Below are positions 24,060 to 35,914 of a stretch of 64,000 nucleotides of DNA, piece after piece; position 1 is the first letter of the stretch; each line of letters opens with the position of its first letter. A program made the translations under genes and the position numbers. The notes below the pieces were generated by a model. The model did no database searches and was not told the DNA's origin. It saw only the letters and a program-made list of their open reading frames with translations. The stretch is from Anaeramoeba ignava BMAN (lineage: Eukaryota > Protista > Anaeramoebae), in NCBI GenBank assembly GCA_028826165.1, contig JAPDFW010000114.1:372001-436000 (forward strand), in the 5' to 3' direction.

Positions 24060-27000
24060 TTAAAGTAAAAGAACAGATGTTAAAACAGTTTGAGATTCTC
24101 CTTGAACTTCTAAACGTTCTTCAAAAGGAAGTTGTAAATTTTCATTTGGAGGAAACCAACAAAGTTCTTGAACAGTAAGAGAGGATTCATTCTTATAAAT
24201 TTTAATTAATTGAGAATCACAAGGACCAACAAGAATACCATTGGGTTTTAAATAACGAGTAAGAGAAACAAGGCGATTCCATTTGCAAGAAGCACCACAA
24301 AAAATTCTATCGAAACTACCATCAAAAGTGGAAGAAAAAACAAAAACATTTTTATTTTGGAAATTAATGGAAGCTAAAGAACAATGGTTCAAAAGCCTGA
24401 AACGTTCTGCATTTGATTCTGCAAATTGTACAATTTCATCAGTAATATCAATTGCTAAAACACTTCCTGAACTGCCTATCAAATATGCTGCAAGAACAGA
24501 AAGATGACCGCATCCACAACCAATATCCAAAAAAGACATTCCTTCGCTAAATTCTAATTCTTGAAGACTAATTGAATATAAATATGGGGCTGTAATTGTG
24601 AATCCAAGTGACTCCACGCGAATATTTTCATCTGGGAAATATGCATTTTGTGATAATTTTTTTGGCACAAATTCTTCTCTTGGCACAACAAGAAGAGCAT
24701 TCATGCATTTTTGATCATTTAAATATCCGTTTTCTGCATGACTTGATAATAATGTTGTTTGTTCTTGTGAATAATGTTTGATGTAATCTTGAATTGGATA
24801 TAATTCAACAAACTTAGTTGTTCTTTTGAATGGATATGTTTTGGCAAAATTAGATTTGGATAAAATGTCACGAAGCTTTTGCATTCTTTTTTTACTTTCT
24901 ACACTTGGTGAATATCTGCATAAAGAATGAGTTCGAAAGAATATCAAGGATCCATTTGAATCTAATAAATGCACAAATCTATGCAAATCTTTTCTGTGAA
25001 GAGAATACATGCAGATGATTTTGTCATATCCTCGTTTAATTTTGTCCGAAAATCGGGAATGTTTGGAAAGTCTTGAATGATTTTGTTTTTCATATTTGTT
25101 ATTTGTTATAATTTGTTGATTATGATTATTTTTGCTACTACTATTATTATTATGATGGTGATGGTGATGATGGTGATGATGATTCTTTTGTTGAATATTT
25201 TTATTTTGATTGTTGGCGATGTTGCTGTTTTGATTATTTTTCTTGATGATTTTTTTCTCTTCATCTTCTCCAAAATTTGAATTTTCAACATTGGGCTTTT
25301 TTCTTAATGAAATATTCTCATTAATTTCATCCTGTTTGTTTTCTGTTGATAAAGGATGCGCGAATCCATCCTTTCTCGTTATTTGATTTGGGAAATTAGC
25401 TTGAAAATCCTCTATATTGCAATTTGTAAAATAAATTTGAGAGAAATTCCTTTTGGGTTTGAAATCACGGAAATACGAAAGAATATTATTTTGAGCAAAT
25501 GCGAATTGATGTTGGTCGTGCTCCATAATATCACAAAGCCCTGCTTCACCGATAAGAAGAGATGCCATTGTAGGTAAAATTCCAGTTCCTGAACCGATAA
25601 TCAAAACATTAGAGCCTTGAGAAATCTCAGCGAAATCAAGGATGATTGAAAGAAGAGAAGGCGATATTTCAGTCATTTCAAGCTCGGGAATCTTCACAAA
25701 TATATCTCGAAGCACAGGATATTTTGATGTGTCTCGATGCGGAATGAAAAAGTTTCGCGGAACACAACAAAAACAATTTATCATTTCTTGTATTTTGATG
25801 ACTTTTGAGTTTACAAGTTCCGAAATCAAGACAAGCAGATCATCTCGAATTTCTTGAAAATTTGGATCATTGGAAAAAGATTCTTTTCCATCAAGATTTA
25901 ACTGTTTGAGAATGAGTTGCCGATCAATTATTGGTCTTGGTTGTTCTGTTTCGCAATCAAAAGGATCATCTGAAGGAAAATCAATTCCAAAATCAAAATC
26001 AAATTCTGATTCTGTGATTGAACGTGATAAGGAAAGTGAATAAAGAAAAGATTCTGGTTCAGAAACAGAATATGTGGGGATCGATTGGTCATAAAAATCA
26101 CTTTCATTCACTTCTCTACTGCTATCTGCTATAGTTGATGATGTGTCAATTGAATAGAATGAATCAGATGTTATTGGACTTGATGATTCATTTGTTCCAA
26201 AAAAATCTCCTGCTTGATACATCCATTGGATTAGAATTTTATTTTTGAGTGAAAAGTGTTTAAATTCTTCTTGTGATATTTTATTATCTTTATCCAAATC
26301 AATTTGATTGAATATTTGGTCGAGTATTTGAGAAAAATGCAATTTTTCACTTAAAATTGCTCTATATTTACATATTTATATTTATATTTATATTTATATT
26401 TATATTTATATTTATATTTATATTTTTTTTCAATTTTTAAATTTTTACTTTTTTTCGTTTTCTCCTCCATAATGATTAATTTCATTTGTTAAAATTTCAA
26501 AATGATTTTCATATGAATTTTTTAAAATTTTTTCAAGATCTTCTCTAACTATATATCCATCTTCATTTTGATCATAAACTCTAAATCCAACTTTATATTT
26601 TAATTTTAATATTAATTTTAATTTTAATTTTAATTTTAAATTTTAATTTTAATTTTAATTTTAATTTTAATTTTAATATTAATATTAATTTTAATTTTAA
26701 TTTTAATTTTAATTTTAATTTTAATTTTAATTTTAATTTTAATATTAATTTTAATATTAATTTTAATTTGGATTTTAATTTGGATTTTAATTTTAATTTG
26801 GATTTTAATTTTAATTTGGATTTTAATTTTAATTTTAATTTTAATTTTAATTTTAATTTTAATTTCTTTACATGAAATTCGTTGGTCAAATGTTCCATGA
26901 TCTAAAATTGCAACTCCATGAAGAAATTCTGAAAAAGCTTTGTTTAAAAAGAAAAAAGAAATTTAAAAAAAGATTTTAATTTTCCAAAAACAAAAAAAAA

Positions 27001-27387
27001 ATAAAAAAAAATTTTTTTAAATTAAAATTTCTTTTTTTTTTTTACTTATTAATTGAGAATTATCTTTATCAAAAACATGAAATAGTCTTTCTAAAAGAGC
27101 TGGATTTTCATTTGTAAAAATTTCTGACATTACTTCAACAAATTTATTCATTTTAAGTCCTTCTTCATTATCAGTATCTCTACAAAATCCATCATATAAT
27201 AACTTTGTTTGATCAAAAGGGACTTTTTTTAATTTAATTTAATTTATATTTTTAATTTAAATTAAATTAATTTTTTTTTTGTTTTATCGGTTAAAAAAAA
27301 TTTTTTAAATAAAAAAAAATAATGAAGAAAAAAGATCTTATAATTACAATTTGTTTGTGTTGAAAGTTCTTGTAATCGAAAAATCAT
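24060..27387 (-). CDS. NCS-1/calcineurin-B-like EF-hand domain fused to two PIMT/PCMTD-type isoaspartyl methyltransferase domains
   Basis: Exons 27387-27348, 27222-27046, 26937-26872, 26590-26449, 26361-24060, all in frame. EF loops DKDNSQLITFSE, DQNEDGYIVRED and DLDKDNKISQEE. PIMT motifs VPREEF, TITAPYLY, FLDIGCGCG, FDRIFCGA and LKPNGILVGP. Confidence 0.85.
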
Positions 27388-27669
27388 TTTTTTTTCTTTT
27401 GCTTTTGTTTTTGTTAAAAAAAAAAAGAAATAGAAAAAACAAAAAGAGTTATTATTTTCAAATTTAAAAAAAAAACACACAAAAAAAGAAAAAAGAAAAA
27501 AGGAAAAAGGAAAAAAAGAAAAAGTGAAAGAAAAAAAATGATCTTTTAAAAATGAAAAAAAAAATTTTTTTTAATTTAAAAAAAAATGAAGAAAACAAAA
27601 AAAGTGAAAAAAAAATATTTTTATCATTTCATTTAATTTAAATTATTTTGATTCATTTCATTTTTAGAT

Positions 27670-30170
27670 TCATTTCTTTTTTTTTATATTTGAATGATTT
27701 TCAATTAAATTTAATAATTGAGGATTAATATTTGGTGATTGATTTGGAGAAACCGAACCATGAAACTTAAATTTTCTATCAAAAACTAATTTTTAATTTA
27801 ATATTTAATTTAATTTAATATTTAATTTTTAATTTAATATTTAATTTAATATTTAATATTTAATTTAATATTTAATATTTGATTTAATATTTAATTTAAT
27901 GTTAAATATTTAATATTTGATTTAATATTTAATATTTAATTTAATATTTAATTTTTAATTTAATTTAATATTTAATTTTTAATTTTTAATTTAATATTTA
28001 ATTTAATTTAATATTTGATTTAATATTTAATTTAATTACCTGCTTCTGCTAATTGATGAGTATCATTTCCAAAACTAAATGATTGATCATTCCAACTATT
28101 TGATATTTCAGAAGAAAAAGAATTTGTAAATTGATCTTCATTTTCCCATTCAAAATCGTTTGAATTTTCTTTTTTTATATGATTAATTGAAATGGAAATT
28201 TTTTGATTTTGATTTTGATTTTGATTTTGATTTGAATTTTGATTTTGATTTTGATTTTGATATCTTGTTTTGGATTGATAATTGAGAAAAATTTGAGGAA
28301 CTTCAAAATTATTTGGCATTTTTGGATCATATTCCGAAAATATTGGTTTAATAAACTTGGAACATCTTGGGATTTGAAGAGGATCGAATGGAAAGAAAGT
28401 TTCTAAACGATATAATTTTTTAAAGTTGCCTAATTTTAATAAAATTTCATCATCATCAGTTTTATTTTCTGGTTCAAATAAATTTGTTGAAGCTAAATAG
28501 CCAAATTGCCTCATTAATTCAATAAATTGTTTGGAAATGTTCTTGCTGCAAATAGACAAAGGATATAAAGGAGACTCGATAATAGAAATTAAATCCCATT
28601 CATTTGCAAACAAACTTAATATTGAATCATCATCTTCATCAAAAAATAATTTTTTTTTCAAAAATACAATTGAATAAAAAACAGATTGACAAACTGAATA
28701 AAAAATAAGATGAGTAACTGAATCCATAAATCTTTGATTTTGAGGTAAATTCATCAAATATTCATGAAGAAAATTGATCAAAAAAGTCAAAGCTTGTTTT
28801 ATTGCTTCTCGTGATAAAAATGAAGCACGTGCTAAATAACTTCCGACATAGTTTGCTGAATTAGTTTTTACAATTCGAGGTTCATTATCAATAATTTTTT
28901 TCAAAAAATATCCAATAAAGGATTCAGCAAATGATTCATCCAAACTAGTTATAAAGAAGTGAATGAAATGAAGATATTTAATTTTATGTGAACGAATAAT
29001 TGAACCTTCAAAAATTTCCATAATAATCTGAAATATTTCTTTGATAAATTCTGGGTTATAATTTGAGCTGGTATTAATTTGCGAGTCTTGAGTATCATCA
29101 ATATCCATTTGGAATGTGTTTTGTTTGTTGTCATCTTGAATAGAATTATGGATTTCTTGAATAAAATTTAAAATGATATCCATAAGAACATCTAATTTTA
29201 GTTGATTTTCATCAAAAATAGTTTCTGAATCAATTTCTTCATTTTCATTATTTTCATTATTTTCATTATTTTCATTATTTTCATTATTTTCATCATTTTC
29301 ATTTTCACTTTCACTTTCACTTGTGCTTTTTGATTTATTTTCATTCATATTCTCATCATCTTCTTCATCAATTACTGCAATATCAAATTCTAATATTCTA
29401 TCAAAATATATATGAAAAAAATTTGAGAGAAAATCATTTTCAATAAAAAGAGATTTTGCCAAATAACGAATATAATTGAATGATTCCTGAATATAATGTT
29501 TCTGGATATAAATAGGTTTGTATTGATTGGGGAATTTTTTCAGAATTTCTTGATCTGCAAAACGTTTAGTTAATGGATTTTGAGAGAAAATTTCGCGAAT
29601 TGAATTGTGAATCAATTGAGTTAATTGTTGAATTTGTTCAATTTGAATATCAGCAAAAACATTTGATATTTCTATTCTGGAATCATGATAAAGAGTCACA
29701 TTTGTATCTCCGAAATGAAAAAGAAGACCTTTTTCTTGATTTTGTTCATTTTCTTCAATAACTTCAAAAGGATAATTATGTGTCTCAACACTTGCAAAGC
29801 AAAAATTCCTCAGAAGAGTCTCAAAACCAAAAAGTGTACCGATTAACGCTTGTATACAATATTCCGCATGACAACTTTGTGAGGCTGTAAGTGCTATAAT
29901 GAACTCCAAATAGAGAGAAAGGAAATTTTGATCATAAATGTATTTTGTCCAATTAAATTTTAAAATGTCAAAAATTAAATCACTCATTGTTTTATCTAAA
30001 AGAGAAACACTTTCAATAAGTCCACGAAGCCATTTTGTTGCTGTTTGTTTGTCGCTTTCTAGTTCTTTGAGAATAAAACCTTGATTCAGTTCATTTTTGT
30101 TTGTTTTTCTTGATTCATAAAGTTTTTGAATATAGCCATGAATTAAAAAAATAAAAGAATTATCTTGCAT
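27670..30170 (-). CDS. RRN3: RNA polymerase I initiation factor RRN3/TIF-IA
   Basis: Exons 30170-28040 and 27785-27670. KLDVLM, SANYVGSYLARASFL, FYSVCQSVFY, PLSICS and TFFPFDP motifs. Confidence 0.92.
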
Positions 30171-30329
30171 TTTAATTTGAATTTGAATTAGAATTTGGAT
30201 TTGAATTATGCAAGAAAAAAAAATGAAAAAAAAAAAATTAGAAAATTAAAATTCATTTTTCTTTTTTAAATAAAAAAAAAAAACAATCATTTTAATCAAT
30301 TCAATTCAAATTATAAAAAAAAAAGGAAA

Positions 30330-31693
30330 ATGGAAAATCAAAAACATTCAAATAATCAAATTGACAATCATTTTATTGAACAAAATTCCTTCAAAGAAAA
30401 TAAACAATCATTTGAAGATATTTTCCAATTTGATTCTCAATTCTCTGAAATTTTAGAATTGAAAAAAAAAATTAATGAATTAAAACTTTTAAATATTCAA
30501 AGAGCACTTATTCAAAGAACACTTTATTTCAATGAAGAAAGGATTTCGAAAAAGACACCAATTGCCATTTCATTAATTTTTAAGTGGTTACATTTGAAAA
30601 ATGCATTTTCAGAAGAAAATTATTATTTACTTAATGATTTGATTGAGTCTTTTAATTTTTCACTTCGTCTTTATCCAGATGATCCTCATTTTTTACTTTG
30701 GATAATTTCAAATATTTGTTTTTCTCAAGCTATTTTTCTCAAAACAGTTCCTTCACATTCAAGAAAAATTTCCTCTCAATTCCAAGATTCATTAACAAAT
30801 TTACTTGTAAAAACTACTTTACTTTATATTAACAGAGTTTCAAATGATTTTGCAATATATGTTGTTCAAGCCTTTTTAAAACAAAAAAAATATCATTCTT
30901 TTCTCAATTCCAAATTTGAAAAAAAAGATTTAAGTGATATTGCAACTCCAAATCAAATTTTTCAAGATGTGAGAAATATTTTGTTTCGAGTTGAAGATTT
31001 ATTTATTCCAAATGAAATTTTTGGAATTATTCTTTCTGGAATTGTAAATTTTATAAATTATCGATTAATTCAAGGTTTTGTTTCTCAAAAGCAATATTGT
31101 ACAAAAGAAAGGGGAACTAAAACGAAATTATATTTATCTGAAATGGAGCAATTTCTTGATGATTTAGAATATTCTTTTATGAAGTTTTTATTACAAATTC
31201 AAAATTCAATTAAAATTCAAAATCAAAATTTAATTTAATTCAAAAATTTAAATTTAAAAAATTAGAAAATTTTTATCTCCAATTCTTGAAGTTTGTGATC
31301 TTTTAATTCTTAGAGATAAAATACTTTTAGATTTAAATGAAATTGAAATTGTTTGTCCACATTTAGAAAAAGAAACCATTTTGATTATACTTGAAAATTT
31401 TGAATCAAATTTGTAAATTAAAATTTAAAATTTTTTAATTTAAAATTTTAAAATTTATATTGAAAAAAAAAATAATTTAAAATAGAAGAGGAAAACTTAC
31501 AAAATCAATTAGATTATCCAAATTAGATTCACATCAATATATAAAAGTTATTGATAATTCAATTAGTAAAATTAAAGAAATTGATTATTTAAAAATTGAT
31601 ATTACAAATTGGGAAAAAATTGAAATTCCTTCTTTTCTAAATTCATTTCCAGAATTTGAAATTTTAAATAAAAAATTAAAAATTTTAAAATAA
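30330..31693 (+). CDS. Stand-alone Dilute (DIL; myosin V/XI cargo-binding-like) domain protein
   Basis: Exons 30330-31183, 31266-31412, 31486-31693. LLWIISN, FINYRLI..YCTKERG..LYLSEMEQF, LSPILEVCDLL and VCPHL resemble the DIL consensus. No motor domain is present. Confidence 0.7.
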
Positions 31694-31869
31694 TCAATTA
31701 AAGAAGAAGAGAAAAAAAAAATTTAAAAAAAAAAATGTCAAATTTCTTTTTTGCCAGAATTCCTTTTTTTTATTTTTATTTTTTTTTCAATAAATTAATT
31801 TAAAAAATTTTTTTTTCATTTTTTTTTTTTCATTTTTTTATTATTATTATTATTATTTAAATTTATTGA

Positions 31870-34665
31870 ATGAATAAACAAAATAACAGAAATAAAAAGA
31901 AAAAAAAACAAAATGAACAAGAAATTGAAAAATTTTCAATTAAAAAGCATCGAAAAAACAAATCAAAAAAGAATTTAGAAGAAGAAAAAGAAAAAGAAAA
32001 AGAAAAAGAAATTAATAATATAAAAACAAATATTGAATCAACACAAAAAATGAGTAAATTATTTTTTAAATAAATTTTTTATTAAATTTTATAATTTAAA
32101 ATTTTTCCATTTAAAATTTTTCTCAGCAATTTCTTCATTATATGATGATTTGATAATTTACACCTTTGGGTATTTGAACGCACAATTCAGATGCATGTGC
32201 TCAATGGTAAATAAACAATGGTCTGCTTGTGCAAATGAACCATTACTTTGGGTACGGACAAATTTATCAAAATTTGGGCACAAAATAACTGACAATTCAT
32301 TAATGGGGATGGCAAAAAAGCATCCCGAGATTCAAGTGTTAAATTTACACAATTGCACAATGATTTCAGAAAGAAGCATTTCTTATATTTGCGGACATTG
32401 CAAGAACTTATTTCGGTTGGATCTTGGACTTGACGGTTCTCATCATGTTCGTCGGTTAATAACGGACAACACACTTAAATGTTTCTCCAAATACACCCCC
32501 AAACTTCAAGCACTGCGGATGACTTTGTGCAATATGATTACTGAGCGAGGTTTGGATATTTTTTTCCGAAACTGCCCAGATCTTCTGTTTCTCGATCTCG
32601 ACCATTGCCAACTATCCTCACTTCCCCAGTCAATCGAAACATTGACCCAAATGCAAACCCTTTTGTTGAGCTTCAACGACCTCACTTCCATTCCTGAACC
32701 TCTTTTCGCACTTAAAAATTTGAAGTTTCTCAACATGCGCGCAAACCAATTAAGCACAATCCCAAAAGGAATGAGTTGTCTTACCGCGTTAACTGTACTT
32801 GAACTGGCAAATAATATCTTTAACCAACTGCCGGCGGAAATTGGATCCCTTCCAAATTTAAGGAGGCTTGTTCTCTCAAGCAACATCATCACAACAATAC
32901 CCCCAGAAATTGGCAAACTCGCAAATCTTGAGGATCTTTGGCTCAATTATAACGAGATTTCTACTCTTCCTCTCGATTTTTGTCGTCTTGAAAACCTTAA
33001 ATCTTTGCGTATTAATAGCAATCGTTTGACACGTTTACCGGACCAAATCCATCTTTTATCAAAATTGAAACTTTTTGAACTTTCTGATAATTCTTTGCAA
33101 GAACTTCCTCTTACTTTTGGTTTTCTTTCTGAACTCCGTACTTTGTATTTGTTTAATAATCGTTTGGTTCATTTACCAGATTCTATTGGAAATTTGAAAG
33201 AATTACGATCTTTATTTTTAAGTGAGAATTTACTTGAATCTTTACCTGATTCAATTTGTGATTTAGAAAATTTACAGAGTCTTTTGATGCATAATAATCG
33301 ACTTGGGGAGCTTCCTGATGAATTTGGAAGGTAAAACCCAAAAATTCATAAAATATTTAAGTTCATAAAATATTTAAATTCAATAAATATTTAAATTCAA
33401 TAAATATTTTATGAATTTAAATATTTAAATTCATATTTAAATTCATATTTAAATTAATATTTAAATTCAATAAATATTTAAATTCATAAAATATTTAAAT
33501 TCATATTTAAATTCAATTAATATTTAAATTAATAAATATTTAAATTCAATTAATATTTAAATTCAATAAATATTTAAATTAATATTTAAATTAAATAAAT
33601 ATTTAAATTCAATTAATATTTAAATTAAATTAATATTTAAATTCAATTAATATTTAAATTAATATTTAAATTCAATTAATATTTAAATTAATATTTAAAT
33701 TCAATTAATATTTAAATTAAATTAATATTTAAATTAAATTAATATTTAAATTAAATTAATATTTAAATTCAATTAATATTTAAATTCATAAAATATTTAA
33801 ATTAATTAATATTTAAATTAATATTTAAATTAAATTAATATTTAAATTCAATAAATATTTAAATTAATATTTAAATTAAATTAATATTTAAATTAAATTA
33901 ATATTTAAATTCAATAAATATTTAAATTCAATAAATATTTAAATTCATAAAATATTTAAATTCAATAAATATTTAAATTCAATTAATATTTAAATAAATA
34001 TTTAAATTCAATAAAATATTTAAATTAATATTTAAATTAATATTTAATTCAATTAATATTTAAATTTAATTAATATTTAAATTCAAAAATATTTAAATTC
34101 AATTAATATTTAAATTAAATTAATATTTAAATTCAATTAATATTTAATTTAAATAAATATTTAAATTAAATTCATATTTAAATTTATATTTAAATTAATA
34201 TTTAAATTTAATATATATTTTTGATATTCTAATAATAGGCTCCAAAACTTAAAAAGATTAGAACTAATTGGAAATCATCTAAGTAATCTTCCTGACTCCT
34301 TTTTTTCTTTAAAAAATCTTGAAAGACTTTGGTTAGGATTCAACCAAATTTCTGATATCTCACAAAAATTTTCACTATTAACAAATCTTAAAGAACTTGG
34401 ACTTAATGATAATCTTATTTCAAAAATTCCAGAAAATTTAACTGAACTTAAAAATCTTCAAGTTTTTCATATTCATAATAATAAAATTTCAGATATTGAT
34501 TCTTCTTTACTTCAACAAATGCCAAATCTTCAAACATTTTTATTCCATAATAATTCCCAAAAAATTGTTGCAAATCAACCTTCAATGGATTCAATTCATC
34601 GTGGTTTTCTTGAAATTATTCGTCAACATTTTTCAGGAATTCCTGGAAAGACAAATCAATGGTGA
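31870..34665 (+). CDS. F-box / leucine-rich repeat protein
   Basis: Exons 31870-32053, 32127-33330, 34239-34665. F-box (SLYDDLIIYTFGYL..CSMVNKQW..LW), Cys-containing LRRs (LNLHNCTMISE), then many 23-aa LxxLxLxxNxLxxLP repeats. Confidence 0.9.
33345..34215. repeat. Intronic ~12-17-nt satellite (AATATTTAAATTCAAT variants)
   Basis: Inside intron 33331-34238. Confidence 0.9.
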
Positions 34666-34805
34666 TTTCTTTTTTTTTCCATTTTTTTTTTATTTTTCTT
34701 TTTTAAAAATTTGTTTGTTGATAAAAAAGAAAAATCATTTAAATTTAAATTCAAATGAAAATAAAAATTAAAAAAATTAAAAAAATTAAAAAAATTTAAA
34801 CTAAA

Positions 34806-35812
34806 TTAATTTATTTTCACAAATGGATCTTTTGGATCATTTGGATCAAATTCAAAAACAAAAGGAACTGGATGAATTGATTGATTTTCCAAAAGTTTAA
34901 TTTTTTTATTAAGTTGATTTGATGTTTGAATTACTTGTCTATTTTTAGAATAACAAGTTTTTAATTTCTTAAGAATTTTTTCATTTTCTTGATTTAAGCG
35001 TTCCATTTTTTCACTAATTCTCAAAAGGTCATGTTCATTAACTTCAATTTGTTGTTGCTAAAAACACAACAATTTAATTTTTGATTTTAATTTTAATTTT
35101 AATTTTGATTTTAATTTTAATTTTAATTTTAATTTTAATTTTAATTTTAATTTTAATTTTAATTTTAATTTTAATTTTAATTTTTGATTTTGATTTTAAT
35201 TTTAATTTTGATTTTGATTTTGATTTTGATTTTAATTTTAATTTTAATTTTAATTTTAATTTTAATTTTAATTTTGATTTTAATTTTATTTACAACTTCG
35301 GAATCAGAAAAATAATTAAAATCTCCATTTGAAATATCCAAATAAGACTGATAATCATCAACAGCTAATTGAGCTTGAGCAATAGAACGATTCAAATAAG
35401 CAATTTTATTTTCAGGTTCATAATCCAAAACTTTTTGAAAATCAACAAGAGCAGATTTTTTTTGATTCAAACGAAGTTTAACAATTCCTCGATTATTAAG
35501 AGCATTTATATAATCATTTTTCAAAGATAACGCTTTATTAAAAGAACTTAAAGCATCTTCAAATAATCCTTTACTAAAATAACATTGTCCTAAATTATTA
35601 TGTGCTTCTGGAAAATTATTTTCGATTTGGATCGCTTGTTTAAAATCTTCTATTGCTAATTCAATTTGATTTAATTTGAAATAGACACATCCTCTATTAT
35701 TATATCCTTGATGTGGTTTTTTTTGAATTTGAATTGATCGTGTAAAATTTTCAAGTGCTTGTTGATATTGTTCATTTAAAAAATCATGTTTTCCTTTCCA
35801 AAGGCTATTCAT
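34806..35812 (-). CDS. TPR protein with C-terminal coiled coil
   Basis: Exons 35812-35294 and 35057-34806. Canonical TPRs (YNNRGCVY, AHNNLGQCY, ALNNRGIV). Confidence 0.85.
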
Positions 35813-35914
35813 ATTTTCTTCTTTTTTTTTTAAAAATGAAAAATAAAAAAATGAAAAATGAAAAAAATGATTTTTGAATTTATTTTTGAAAAGAGAAAAA
35901 TAATTTTTGTTGAA

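Noticed and set aside
32187-32946. Antisense ORFs within GC-richer exons (also 54129-54905 and 25356-25857)
   Set aside because: Expected by chance opposite long coding exons with fewer stop codons, and they show no recognisable motifs.
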